DNA of 34,931 nucleotides from Candidatus Hydrogenedentota bacterium (GCA_040752395.1 JBFMHD010000004.1:1-34931), one strand, 5' to 3'; counted from the stretch's first letter, positions 1-10,072 are shown. The notes: generated by a model from the letters alone, not told the origin. Translations and numbers: made by a program.

Positions 1-2
1 AG

Positions 3-86
3 GGGATGGCATATGGATATAAAGATATCGAATATTTTAAATTAAAGATTCATCGTCGACAAAAAAAAATGAGAAAAAAGACTTGA
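3..86 (+). mobile_element. C-terminal fragment of ISL3-family transposase (runs off window edge)
   Basis: Frame from nt 3 reads GMAYGYKDIEYFKLKIH...*, matching the ISL3 C-terminal R-x-A-Y-G-[YF]-[RK]-x-x-x-[YF]-x-L-K-I motif; only 27 codons visible. Confidence 0.6.
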
Positions 87-111
87 AAAATATATTAGAA
101 TGATATAGAAT
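83..111 (+). promoter_or_regulatory. sigma70-type promoter of TA operon
   Basis: TTGAAA(83-88)-17 nt-TAGAAT(106-111); SD AAGGAGG at 129-135. Confidence 0.55.
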
Positions 112-145
112 ATAATTGAAATCAGAAGAAGGAGGATAAATCAAA

Positions 146-388
146 ATGCATAAAACAATCACATTGCGATTAAATGATGAAATATATAATAAATTTCTTA
201 TCGCAGCAGAAGCAGATAACAGATCAATATCTAACCTGATAGAGACATTGGCTTTAAAGAAATTACAAGAGGATATGTTTGTTGAAGATTATGAGATGGA
301 AGAGATTTTAGGAAATAAAGAGTTAATAAAAAAGTTAAAAAAAGGTAGTGAAGATGCGAGAAGAAAGAGAGGACGGTTAGTTGGATAG
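146..388 (+). CDS. CopG/ribbon-helix-helix antitoxin
   Basis: 80 aa, KTITLRLNDE...NRSISNLIE RHH pattern; overlaps the downstream toxin. Confidence 0.8.
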   Translation: MHKTITLRLNDEIYNKFLIAAEADNRSISNLIETLALKKLQEDMFVEDYEMEEILGNKELIKKLKKGSEDARRKRGRLVG

Positions 389-656
389 TTACGAAATATT
401 TGAAACTAATGAATACATTAAAAATATAGAAAAAATTGAATGCTCTGGAAAAAAGATAAAAAATAAGATCGTAACTTATGTATATCCGCAATTAAGGAAT
501 AATCCTTATTATGGAAAGAACATAAAAAAATTAAGAGACTATAAACCAGACACATGGAGATATAGAATAGGCGGATACCGTTTATTTTATGAGATAAGTG
601 AAAAAGAACGATTAGTTTATATGACTGTGGCAGATACAAGAAGTAGCAGTTATTGA
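381..656 (+). CDS. relE: RelE/ParE-family type II toxin
   Basis: 91 aa, NIKKL...WRYRIGGYRLFYEI signature. Confidence 0.85.
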   Translation: MDSYEIFETNEYIKNIEKIECSGKKIKNKIVTYVYPQLRNNPYYGKNIKKLRDYKPDTWRYRIGGYRLFYEISEKERLVYMTVADTRSSSY

Positions 657-675
657 AATTACGAAGAGATGTATC

Positions 676-700
676 ACCTGTGGACATCATGGCCACAGGT
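676..700 (+). terminator. Hairpin after toxin, possible terminator
   Basis: ACCTGTGG(676-683)/CCACAGGT(693-700) perfect 8-bp stem; weak U-tract. Confidence 0.35.
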
Positions 701-717
701 AATATTTTGGTACAGTC

Positions 718-796
718 CTCTAACTGCCTGCTCCCTGTCAAGACAGCCGCCTCGTCTGCCCCGCAGTAGTGGGTCGGGAAGGGGTGTTCGTTAGGC
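718..796 (+). mobile_element. Degenerate attC-like site
   Basis: 79-bp GC-rich island bounded by CTCTAAC and GTTAGGC downstream of a TA pair; L-box pairing is poor. Confidence 0.35.
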
Positions 797-1054
797 AACA
801 TCACTTTTAGATAATAGTAAATTTGATTTCGAACATACCCGACCTATTAATATATTGTAGTAAAAATCTTGGAAAAAGGTCAGTAGTCAATTATAAATTC
901 CCCATCCAGCTATAAAAATAGCGAAATTCAGGTTTTAAAAAATAAAAATCAAATATAAAAAATAGCCGGGCACTATTTTATCAAGGAAGGAAAGGTTTGA
1001 TAAATTGTTGCAAAACAGATAGCAGTTTACGGGACCAAAGTCGAAATATTAACC

Positions 1055-1083
1055 TTTACGGAGCGCTAATCTTGTGGCATAAT
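1055..1083 (+). promoter_or_regulatory. sigma70-type promoter with extended -10
   Basis: TTTACG-17 nt-CATAAT, preceded by TGn. Confidence 0.45.
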
Positions 1084-1089
1084 AGAAAT

Positions 1090-1255
1090 AACAAATAACG
1101 ACTCGGCAAGTGTAGGTGCGAGAAATTTAATAGTCAATTTCACGCAACCGAACATTTGCCTAAAATCTGACCAGTGAAAGGTCAGAAACAAAAGCAGCGT
1201 ATTGAAACCTGTTATTAAAAGTAGCAGGAGATTTAAGCATGCTGCTTTTTCTTTT
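1090..1255 (+). ncRNA. Candidate three-hairpin structured RNA
   Basis: Stems 1105-1160, 1166-1186 and 1190-1249, followed by a U-rich tail; promoter upstream; no credible ORF. Confidence 0.4.
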
Positions 1256-1326
1256 GAGTAGCTATGTTTTGAATGGCACAATGATATACTGCTCCCCATT
1301 AAGATGAGACACTTTAAAGGAGAGGA

Positions 1327-1573
1327 AAAGAGGCACAAAGGCACAAAGGATGGAAAACTAAAGATGATATGAAAAGAGCCGTGAGTCAAAACAGGACTCA
1401 GGACTCAAGACTCAAGACTTTTCAGCAGGCTCTGGGCTTTTGGCTCCAGCCGGCTGTAGTCCGTAGCCTGTAGCCTGTAGCCTGTCCTGATACCTCTCAC
1501 TTCTTCCGTTATCTTGCTTCTTGCTTCTTGCTTCTACTTGATATCATTAGAGTTACAGCGTTTTTCAGAGGAG
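1327..1573 (+). repeat. Modular heptamer-hairpin repeat, copy A
   Basis: aaaactaaagatgatat, (gactcaa)n, cagccggctg, (tagcctg)n and (cttcttg)n blocks shared with copies B, C, E, F. Confidence 0.95.
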
Positions 1574-1690
1574 AAAGTGTATATTTTCGCTTTTCGGTTC
1601 GATCGGTGAATAATCTTCTCTCGAGAGGATACATCGTATAAAATTTTATTACAATAAACTTAAAAAATTACCGAAATCTTAAATGATGGC

Positions 1691-1719
1691 TTGACAGCTA
1701 ATTAAAAAAAGTTTATAAA
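1691..1719 (+). promoter_or_regulatory. sigma70 promoter for transglycosylase operon
   Basis: TTGACA-17 nt-TATAAA. Confidence 0.65.
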
Positions 1720-1733
1720 AAACTGAACTTATC

Positions 1734-2046
1734 AACTTTTTCGAAGGAGTCGTCATGAGCGCGGTTTGCGCTCTACACTATTGGGTTATTGGGTTATTGC
1801 GTTTTTGCACTCTACACAAAGGATGAAAAACTAAAGATGATATAAAAAGAGTCGTGAGTCGCAAGTCGTGAGTCAAAACAGGACTCAAGACTCAAGACTC
1901 AAGACTTTTCAGCAGGCTTTTGGCTTTTTGCTCCAGCCGGCTGTAGTCCGTAGCCTGTAGCCTGTCCTGATACCTCTCACTTCTTCCGTTATCTTGCTTC
2001 TTGCTTCTACTTGATATTATTATAGTTACAAAGTTTTTCAGAGGAG
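1734..2046 (+). repeat. Modular heptamer-hairpin repeat, copy B
   Basis: Near-identical to copy A over about 220 nt, plus a 5' module gagcgcggtttgcgctc shared with E and F. Confidence 0.95.
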
Positions 2047-2053
2047 CAATTAT

Positions 2054-2728
2054 TTGAAAAAGATTATTCTTTTGTGCATTCTATCTTCATTTGTAGCTGA
2101 GGTTTGTTTTGCTGAAATTTATGCGTACAGGGATAGTAAAGGCAGAATTCATATAACTAATGTCCCGGTTGCAAATATAAAAACAACTCAACTCCAGCCC
2201 GGTGAAGCCCTTGAAAAAAAATCGAATATGAAAGATAGCAAAGAAAGTGATTATACTAAATACATATATCAATACAGTAAAACGTATAAAGTTGATCCGA
2301 ATATGGTTAGAGCCATTATTAAAGTGGAATCAAATTATAATCGCTGGGCTATATCTCATAAAGGAGCCAGGGGTTTAATGCAACTTATGCCCCAGACTGC
2401 AAAGGATATGGGTGTTAAAAACATTTTTCATCCTGCTGAAAATATTGAAGGTGGTGTAAAATATTTTAAAATGCTTCTTGATAAGTTTAACAATAACGTC
2501 TATCTTGCGCTTGCAGGATATAATGCAGGACCAGAAGCTGTAATTAAATATAATGGTATCCCGCGATACAGAGAAACGCAGAAATATGTAAGAGACGTTA
2601 TAAGTTATTATAAATTATATAAAAGCGAGAGTGCAGATTTAAGTAAATCAGGCAAAGTAACTACTTATAAAGATTCTAATGGTAGAATTCATTTAACTAA
2701 TATAGCAACCCATATAACAGAAGATTAA
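2054..2728 (+). CDS. Lytic transglycosylase (SLT domain), secreted
   Basis: Signal peptide; AIIKVESNYN, SHKGARGLMQLMP and ALAGYNAGP motifs. Confidence 0.92.
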   Translation: MKKIILLCILSSFVAEVCFAEIYAYRDSKGRIHITNVPVANIKTTQLQPGEALEKKSNMKDSKESDYTKYIYQYSKTYKVDPNMVRAIIKVESNYNRWAISHKGARGLMQLMPQTAKDMGVKNIFHPAENIEGGVKYFKMLLDKFNNNVYLALAGYNAGPEAVIKYNGIPRYRETQKYVRDVISYYKLYKSESADLSKSGKVTTYKDSNGRIHLTNIATHITED

Positions 2729-2733
2729 AGAAC

Positions 2734-3435
2734 GTGATTGTTTCAATCCACCAACCACATTATTTCCCATACCCGGGATTCTTTCATAAAATATTACAAA
2801 GCGATGCTTTTATTTTTTTGGACTCTGTTCAGTACGTTAAAAACGAATGGATTAATAGAAATGTATTAAAAGGACCAAATGGTAAAGTCTTTATAACGAT
2901 ACCTGTTCATTACAAATTTCCGCAGAAGATAAACGATGTTCTAATTGATAATAGAACGGAATGGATAAAAAAGCATATTAATACTATAAAGACTTGTTAT
3001 GGTAGAGCAAAGTATTTTAGTAAATATTTTGATATTTTAAAAGAATCATTAAATATAAACGAAACTAATTTATCTCTATTTCTAATAAAACACCTATTAA
3101 TTCTTTTTGAGAGATTGAATATTAAGATACCTTATTTTACAGCTTCGGACATAGGTGTTTATACTTTTAACCCTACACTTCGAATAATCGAATTGTGTAA
3201 AAATGTAGGCGGAGATATGTATCTTTCGGGACCCGCGGGTAAAGATTATCTTGAAGAAGATTTATTTAAAAAACATAATATAGAACTTATTTATCAAGAA
3301 TATAGCCCTGTAAAATATAACCAGAATTTTGAAAAATTAGGTTTTATCGAAAATTTATCTGTGATTGACCTGCTTATGAATACAGATGATACCATCATTA
3401 ACTCATATAAAGATAGGAGCTCCAGGATAAGATGA
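2734..3435 (+). CDS. WbqC-family protein
   Basis: IHQPHYFPYPGFFHKI...FLDSVQY...WINRN and NLSVIDLLMN. Confidence 0.9.
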   Translation: MIVSIHQPHYFPYPGFFHKILQSDAFIFLDSVQYVKNEWINRNVLKGPNGKVFITIPVHYKFPQKINDVLIDNRTEWIKKHINTIKTCYGRAKYFSKYFDILKESLNINETNLSLFLIKHLLILFERLNIKIPYFTASDIGVYTFNPTLRIIELCKNVGGDMYLSGPAGKDYLEEDLFKKHNIELIYQEYSPVKYNQNFEKLGFIENLSVIDLLMNTDDTIINSYKDRSSRIR

Positions 3436-4469
3436 TCCCGCATTCAAGACCATCAATAACAAAAAAAGAAAAAGATATAATAGCAAAAGTGCTAAAAACT
3501 AAAAATTTATCTCAATCAACGTATACTGAATTATTTGAAAAAAGATTATGTGAATATATCGGGTCTAACCATTCGATCGCGGTCTCATCAGGTACATCTG
3601 CTATATTTCTTTTACTTAAAGCTCTGGAATTAAAAAAGGGTGATAAGGTTATTATTCCCAATTATGTTTGTTCATCTGTTTATTATGCTGTTTTATGGGC
3701 TGGTTGTAGACCCGTAAGCTGCGAGGTAGATAGAAACGGCATAATTGATGAAGAAAAACTGAATGAATTAATTGATGATAAAACAGCTGCAATTATAGGT
3801 GTAAACCTTTTTGGCAAATTATTTACTTTGAGAAATAATTACAAAATACCGATTATTGATGATGCCGCACAATCAATAGGTGGATATGATAAGAGTGGTA
3901 AATCAGGTATCAGAACTGGTATGGGTATCTGCTCATTTTATGCAACAAAAGTAATAACCTCTCTCGGTAACGGTGGCGCGGTCTTTATTAATGATTCGTC
4001 ATTATATCAAAAAATTATTAATATGAGAAAAAATGACATTTCAAAAACTGATAAATTCGAGCATTTCCAATTAAGACTCTCTGATGTTAATGCAGGTTTC
4101 GGAATAATCCAGCTTAAAAGAATCAATGAACTTTTAAAAAGAAGAAGAAATATCTACAATTATTATGTAGCTGAATTAAAAAGATACGAGATTGAGTTGC
4201 CGATATTCAAAGCCAACGAGACAATATTCAGGTTCATTATAAAATTGAAAAAACCTGATAAATTTACCGATTTTATGTTAAAGCAAGGGGTTGAATGTAA
4301 AAGACCAGTAGCTTTACCTGTGCATAAAATTATGAATATTACTGAAAATAAATTCCCTGTCTCTAATGAATTATTAAAAAGTTCTGTTTCTATCCCTTTA
4401 TATCCTGATTTAAGAAGTAGCGAAATAGAATTTATTATAAAAAGTATAAAAAAATATTTTAATAAATAA
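3432..4469 (+). CDS. DegT/DnrJ/EryC1/StrS PLP-dependent sugar aminotransferase
   Basis: VSSGTSA, IIDDAAQSIG, SFYATK, SIPLYP motifs. Confidence 0.9.
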   Translation: MIPHSRPSITKKEKDIIAKVLKTKNLSQSTYTELFEKRLCEYIGSNHSIAVSSGTSAIFLLLKALELKKGDKVIIPNYVCSSVYYAVLWAGCRPVSCEVDRNGIIDEEKLNELIDDKTAAIIGVNLFGKLFTLRNNYKIPIIDDAAQSIGGYDKSGKSGIRTGMGICSFYATKVITSLGNGGAVFINDSSLYQKIINMRKNDISKTDKFEHFQLRLSDVNAGFGIIQLKRINELLKRRRNIYNYYVAELKRYEIELPIFKANETIFRFIIKLKKPDKFTDFMLKQGVECKRPVALPVHKIMNITENKFPVSNELLKSSVSIPLYPDLRSSEIEFIIKSIKKYFNK

Positions 4470-4480
4470 AGGTAAAAATC

Positions 4481-4509
4481 TTGACATTAAATAAATATAA
4501 TGTTAAAAT
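4481..4509 (+). promoter_or_regulatory. sigma70 promoter of nucleoside-salvage cluster
   Basis: TTGACA-17 nt-TAAAAT with TGn extension; favours the ATG at 4539 over 4512. Confidence 0.7.
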
Positions 4510-4538
4510 GAATGATTTTGGAATTTGGAACACAAAAG

Positions 4539-5360
4539 ATGAATAGTAATTTTATATGGGATGCTGTAAATAAAATAAGAGAAAAAACAAAATTTAAACC
4601 TGAGATCGCATTGATCTTAGGTTCAGGACTCGGTGAACTCGCTGACGAGATCGAAAAAGTCGCAATAATACCATATAATAAAATACCACATTTTAAAGTC
4701 TCTACTATTAAAGGACATAAAAGTAACCTTGTTTTGGGGCTTTTAAGTAATAAAAAAGTTATAGCTATGCAGGGAAGGATACATTTTTATGAAGGTTATT
4801 CTATGTTTGACGTTACATTCCCCCTTAGAGTAATGAACAGGTTAGGTGCTAAAGTTCTTATTGTTACCAATGCTGCTGGTGGCATAAATAAAAAATTCGC
4901 TGCTGGTGATTTAATGATTATAACCGACCATATCAACTGGAGCAGCACTAATCCGCTTTTAGGTATTGATTTTGAATGGGGTGAACGATTTATTGATATG
5001 ACTTTTACCTATGATAAAGAATTACAAAGAATAGCGAAAGCAGCTGCTAAAGATACAGGAATAAAAATAAGAGAGGGTATCTATGCTTTTAGCTTAGGTC
5101 CTACTTATGAGACACCTGCTGAGGTAAGAATGCTTAAAAGACTTGGGGCTGATTCTTGCGGAATGTCAACTGTTCCTGAGGTTATCGTCGCAAGACAGCT
5201 CGGGATGAGAATACTCGGTATCTCCTGCATCTCAAATATGGCTGCTGGCATACTTAATCAACCACTCTCTCACAAGGAAGTCATTGAAACTACGAATAAG
5301 GTTAAAGAAAATTTTAAAAGATTTATTAAAACTTTTTTAACAAATTTACAGGAGTTCTAA
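4539..5360 (+). CDS. punA: Purine-nucleoside phosphorylase (trimeric type)
   Basis: ILGSGLG, MQGRIHFYEG, TNAAGG, GPTYETPAE, GMSTVPEV. Confidence 0.95.
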   Translation: MNSNFIWDAVNKIREKTKFKPEIALILGSGLGELADEIEKVAIIPYNKIPHFKVSTIKGHKSNLVLGLLSNKKVIAMQGRIHFYEGYSMFDVTFPLRVMNRLGAKVLIVTNAAGGINKKFAAGDLMIITDHINWSSTNPLLGIDFEWGERFIDMTFTYDKELQRIAKAAAKDTGIKIREGIYAFSLGPTYETPAEVRMLKRLGADSCGMSTVPEVIVARQLGMRILGISCISNMAAGILNQPLSHKEVIETTNKVKENFKRFIKTFLTNLQEF

Positions 5361-5427
5361 GTCATTAACTGAAGAGCTATCCATTGTGTTCTGCTACTTC
5401 TTACTTCTTACTTCTTCAGAGGGAGCT

Positions 5428-6744
5428 ATGCCTGATTTTATACCCTATGAACTGATAATGAAAAAAAGAGATGGAGCCGAACATACAAAAGATGAGATTG
5501 AATATCTTATTAGAGAATATACAAAAGGAAATCTACCTGATTATCAGATGTCAGCTTGGCTTATGGCTGTATATTTTAGAAAGATGACCTCAAAAGAAAG
5601 AGCTTATCTTACAATGGCTATGGCTAAATCAGGTGATATGATAGATTTAAGTTTCATAAAGAAAAAGAAGGTTGATAAACATTCAACAGGTGGTGTTGGT
5701 GACAAAGTATCTATACCACTGGCTCCGCTTGTGGCTTCTTATGGCGTATCGGTTCCTATGATGAGCGGCCGTGGGCTTGGCCACACCGGTGGCACGCTTG
5801 ATAAATTAGAATCTATCCCTGGTTTTAGAACGAATCTAAGTGAAACTGAATACAAAGAGATTGTATCAAGGATAGGGGTTGCTATAATCAGTCAAACCGA
5901 GAGAGTGGCACCTGCAGATAAAAAAATGTATGCTTTAAGAGACGTTACAGCAACAGTTGATAATCTTGATTTAATCACTGCGAGTATACTTTCAAAGAAA
6001 CTCGCAGCTGGACCTGATGCGATTGTTCTTGATGTAAAGACAGGTAGCGGCGCTTTTATGCAAAGATTCGAGGACTCAAAAGCGCTTGCTATAGCAATGG
6101 TTGATATCTGTAAAAATGCAGGTAAAGATGTTGTAGCTTTAATTACTGATATGGACCAGCCTCTCGGGGAAAAAATCGGTAACGCACTTGAAATAGAAGA
6201 ATCAATTGAAGTTTTAAAAGACCAGGGACCACCTGACGTTGTAGAGATAGTTCTTGAGCTCGGAGGCTGGATGCTTGTTCTCGGGGAAAAGGCTGGATCA
6301 CTTAAAGAAGGAAGAGAAATGATTAAAAAAGCTATCGCAAACAGCCAGGGATTAAAAAAATTTGAGAGTATGGTCAAAGCTCAAGGAGGCGACCCTTTAG
6401 TTGTTAGGGATTTATCTATTCTTCCTAAAAGCTCGGTATCTAAAGAGGTTCTCGCATCTAAAAGCGGCATTATTGTAAAAATGGATGCCCGCGAAATAGG
6501 TATCTCCGCGTTACTTCTTGGCGCAGGCAGGGAAACAAAAGATTCAAAACTTGATTTAGGTGCCGGCATCGTTTTACACAAAAAAGTCGGAGATAGACTG
6601 AAAAAAGAAGAGAGTATCGCAACATTATACTCAGCAAACAATGAAAAGCTCGAAAAAGCAAAAGAACGATTTATAAAAGCGATTGAAATACGAGATAAGC
6701 CACCACAAAAAAGACCACTTATCTTCGAAACCATCAAAATGTAA
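5428..6744 (+). CDS. pdp: Pyrimidine-nucleoside/thymidine phosphorylase
   Basis: VDKHSTGGVGDK, MSGRGLGHTGGTLDKLESIPG; SD GGAG before the ATG at 5428. Confidence 0.95.
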   Translation: MPDFIPYELIMKKRDGAEHTKDEIEYLIREYTKGNLPDYQMSAWLMAVYFRKMTSKERAYLTMAMAKSGDMIDLSFIKKKKVDKHSTGGVGDKVSIPLAPLVASYGVSVPMMSGRGLGHTGGTLDKLESIPGFRTNLSETEYKEIVSRIGVAIISQTERVAPADKKMYALRDVTATVDNLDLITASILSKKLAAGPDAIVLDVKTGSGAFMQRFEDSKALAIAMVDICKNAGKDVVALITDMDQPLGEKIGNALEIEESIEVLKDQGPPDVVEIVLELGGWMLVLGEKAGSLKEGREMIKKAIANSQGLKKFESMVKAQGGDPLVVRDLSILPKSSVSKEVLASKSGIIVKMDAREIGISALLLGAGRETKDSKLDLGAGIVLHKKVGDRLKKEESIATLYSANNEKLEKAKERFIKAIEIRDKPPQKRPLIFETIKM

Positions 6745-6749
6745 CTGCT

Positions 6750-8519
6750 ATGCAAATAAAGATTAAATCGGATAATTTTGATAAAAGCCTGATTAATGAC
6801 TTAAGTAAAAAATTTAATATCTCTCAACTCATAACAAAAATTATTTTATCACGTGGGCTTAAAACAGAAAAAGAAATCGATGAATTCTTAAACCAATCTA
6901 TCTCCAGGCTCCATAACCCCTTCTCTTTTAAAGATATGAAAAAAGCAGTTGATCGAATAAGAAATGCTATTCTTATGAAAGAAAAGATACTTATCTATGG
7001 AGACAGAGATGTTGATGGTATCTGCGCAGTTGTAATATTATTTACAATTCTAAAAGATTTAGGTGCAGAGGAGATTTATCATTATATCTCTGACTCTTGC
7101 GGATATGGGTTACATAAACATATTATAGATATATATATAAAAAAAGGTGTTTCTCTTATTATTACCACTGACTGCGGAATAAGAGACGTAGAAGCTGTTA
7201 ATTATGCTAATAGTTTTAATATCGATTGCATAATAACTGACCATCACGAACCAGCTGAAGTCTTACCTGAAGCATATGCTTTAATCTGTTCAAAAATAAA
7301 AGACGATACCTATCCAGACCATTCTATATGTGGGGCTACCATATCTTATAAATTAGCTCAAGCTTTGATAAAAAAAGAGACAGATGTAGTTTCTATTGAT
7401 AGATTGCCAGCTAAAACCGAGTTTATAAAATCGATACATAATAAAAATACGAAAATAATACAGGCAAAACTCAAGGATTTATTGATACTATCAGGTATAG
7501 CAACTATAGCAGATGTCGTACCGTTAATCGGTGAGAATAGAATTATCTCAAAATTTTGTCTCTCTAATATATGTGAGACTGAGATACCGGGATTACAGCT
7601 GATACTTAAGAAGTTGTTAAATAATAAAGATTATATTACTGTTCGGGATATAGCTTTTAAAATAGCACCGCTTTTAAACTCACCCGGTCGATTTGAAAAC
7701 TCGGAACTAACATTTAAACTTCTGACCTGTACCTCTACTGATGCTTTAGAATCTATCAAAAAAGTATTAAAATTTGATAAATTAAGAAAAGAGGTTACGC
7801 TTGAAAATTCTCTGATTATTAACAAATTATTAGAAGAGCAGGTTGATAAAGAGAACGACAATATTTTTCTTCTGATAGCTAATAAAATGCGGCATGGTGT
7901 AACAGGTATCGTTGCAAACCGTATATTAGCTGGGTATTCAAAACCAGTTATTATTTTAATTAATGATGGAAGAGAAATTATCGGTGCAGGTAGATCTAAT
8001 GAAGATGTTGATTTAATAGAAATTCTTAAGCAATGCCAGGATTGTCTTAAAAAATACGGCGGTCATTCACAAGCTGTTGGTCTGACTCTTAAAAGAGAAA
8101 AACTACAGGAATTTAAACGGAGAGTCAAGGAGATAGCAAAAAAATTAATACTAACTAAAAATTATTTAGATATTGATATGTGTTTAAACATTCAAGATAT
8201 CTCGTTTAAATTCGCAAGTGAACTCTCTTTACTTGAGCCTTTTGGTTGCGGAAACCCGGAACCTCTATTTCTACTTAAAGATATGAAGATATCTGAGGAT
8301 AAACAAGTAGGTAAAAATAAAGAACATATAAAGATTAAAGCCCAAGACAATCTCTCATCAATAAACATGGTCTATTTTAACGGTAAAGATAAATTTTATG
8401 AAACAATAGATAAATCAGCGAGATTTGATATAATAGTCAGACTCTATATCGATGAGTATCTTGGCATCAAAAGAGTAAACACCGTTATCGAAGAAATATA
8501 TCCATCAAATTCAAGATAA
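6750..8519 (+). CDS. recJ: ssDNA 5'-3' exonuclease RecJ
   Basis: IYGDRDVDG, TTDCG, ITDHH, TIADVVPL, GGHSQAVG, LEPFGCGNPEP. Confidence 0.93.
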   Translation: MQIKIKSDNFDKSLINDLSKKFNISQLITKIILSRGLKTEKEIDEFLNQSISRLHNPFSFKDMKKAVDRIRNAILMKEKILIYGDRDVDGICAVVILFTILKDLGAEEIYHYISDSCGYGLHKHIIDIYIKKGVSLIITTDCGIRDVEAVNYANSFNIDCIITDHHEPAEVLPEAYALICSKIKDDTYPDHSICGATISYKLAQALIKKETDVVSIDRLPAKTEFIKSIHNKNTKIIQAKLKDLLILSGIATIADVVPLIGENRIISKFCLSNICETEIPGLQLILKKLLNNKDYITVRDIAFKIAPLLNSPGRFENSELTFKLLTCTSTDALESIKKVLKFDKLRKEVTLENSLIINKLLEEQVDKENDNIFLLIANKMRHGVTGIVANRILAGYSKPVIILINDGREIIGAGRSNEDVDLIEILKQCQDCLKKYGGHSQAVGLTLKREKLQEFKRRVKEIAKKLILTKNYLDIDMCLNIQDISFKFASELSLLEPFGCGNPEPLFLLKDMKISEDKQVGKNKEHIKIKAQDNLSSINMVYFNGKDKFYETIDKSARFDIIVRLYIDEYLGIKRVNTVIEEIYPSNSR

Positions 8520-8879
8520 CAAAAGAAGCAAGAGGCAAGAGGTAAGATAACGGAAAGAAAGATAACGAAAGAGGCACAAAGGCACAACGTATGAAAAACT
8601 AAAGATGATATGAAAAGAGTCGTGAGTCAAAACAGGACTCAAGACTCAAGACTTTTCAGCTGGCTTTGGGCTTTTGGCTCCAGCCGGCTGTAGTCCGTAG
8701 CCTGTAGCCCGAATTATTAGAGTTACAGCGTTTTTCAGAGGATAGGAGTTAGGAGTTCGTAATAATAGATCCGAGCTCCGAGCTCCAAACTCCGAACTCC
8801 GAAGAAGTGGTGAGGGTCACAAGACCCGTAGCAGGCAAATAAATTTGCAATTTGCAATTTACAATGGAGCGAAGCGACC
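8512..8879 (+). repeat. Modular heptamer-hairpin repeat, copy C
   Basis: (gcaagag)n purine tract, core shared with A and B, extra (aggagtt)/(ctccgaa) hairpin, (tttgcaa)n, atggagcgaagcgac. Confidence 0.93.
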
Positions 8880-8882
8880 ATA

Positions 8883-10064
8883 ATGGATGATAACGAATTA
8901 AAGATTCATACAAAAACACCTGAGTTACTCCTCAAACTTGCCTCTAAATATAATCTTGATAATCTTAAAAAAATTGTTAATAACGACAATTCAATCCTTT
9001 TTAAAAAAGACATTTATATCTGCCTAAAAAATATTGTAGAAGCTTACGAAAGAGGTGGTAATATTTTTGAGAATCTAAAACAAGCGAAAAATATCTATAA
9101 TGTTAATATCTTTGCCATTAAAGGTAAAAATGATTATCTAATAAAGAATCTGCCTGATTTTGACAAGGCCATCCAGGAAATGAAAAAATACAGCAATTAT
9201 TTTAGACTCAACGCATATAGTATCGTTAACGCTTTTACAACTATCATAGAAGCTCAAATAACCGGTTTTGATTTAGAAAAATTTTTAAAAAAAGGTCGAA
9301 AACATTTAAAAGACTCAATAAAAGATGGATTAAAAACCAATCCTAACTGGAATAAAAAAACGCTTATAAATAAAAGACCGATTTTAATTATGCCTATCGG
9401 CGCTGCAGGCTGCGGTAAATCAACCCTCTATCGAGAATTATCTAATGTTATCAATATCTCCTGCGATAATATACGTTATCTTTTATTTAAAGATTTCGGA
9501 CCGAGTTTCAGTTCCTTTGAAAATTGTATCTCCTGGTGGATTGTTAACCAGCTTACAGATGAATACCTCAATAAAGGCTATAATGTATTTTATAATGGTG
9601 TTAATACTGATATCGAATACAGGTCCCCTTTAACAATGGAAGACCCTGACACATTATATGAGGGTATCCCATATCGTATTAAAATAGTCTATTTCGAGCC
9701 GTCTGTTAAACTTAATGCTGAGGAACTATCAGAATTAAAAAATATAAACCTGTGGAAAACACCGCTCAATGATATAGATATTAACTCTCTATCAATTAAC
9801 GTTGCCAAGATTATTAACCTGATTAAAATTAATTATAAAAGAACACTGGAAAGAACAGAAGAGATAGCTCAAGGTAAACAAGAACAGAACCCGTATGACG
9901 TTGTGTATGCAGTACCACCAGGTATTATTAAACTCTTTGTCGAACAATCTTTTGTGAAGCCAAAAGGACCTAATGTTATAACGATACCACGTAGAGAGAT
10001 ACAGAATGAAAAGCAAATGAAAGAATTCTATCATCGGTACGCAGAACAGATATTGAGTCAGTAA
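8883..10064 (+). CDS. P-loop NTPase, AAA_33/nucleotide-kinase-like, with unknown N-terminal domain
   Basis: LIMPIGAAGCGKST Walker A followed by ISCDNIR, typical of kinase-fold P-loops. Confidence 0.65.
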   Translation: MDDNELKIHTKTPELLLKLASKYNLDNLKKIVNNDNSILFKKDIYICLKNIVEAYERGGNIFENLKQAKNIYNVNIFAIKGKNDYLIKNLPDFDKAIQEMKKYSNYFRLNAYSIVNAFTTIIEAQITGFDLEKFLKKGRKHLKDSIKDGLKTNPNWNKKTLINKRPILIMPIGAAGCGKSTLYRELSNVINISCDNIRYLLFKDFGPSFSSFENCISWWIVNQLTDEYLNKGYNVFYNGVNTDIEYRSPLTMEDPDTLYEGIPYRIKIVYFEPSVKLNAEELSELKNINLWKTPLNDIDINSLSINVAKIINLIKINYKRTLERTEEIAQGKQEQNPYDVVYAVPPGIIKLFVEQSFVKPKGPNVITIPRREIQNEKQMKEFYHRYAEQILSQ

Positions 10065-10072
10065 GCCATCAA

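Noticed and set aside
700-800. tRNA, SRP or other housekeeping RNA in the GC-rich island
   Set aside because: No cloverleaf, T-loop or SRP domain IV motif recognised on either strand
231-1389. Minus-strand ORFs 231-491, 418-804 and 1066-1389
   Set aside because: Overlap real genes, structured non-coding DNA or repeats; no family motifs
1327-2046. CRISPR array
   Set aside because: Repeats are tandem heptamers and long modules with no unique spacers; no cas genes
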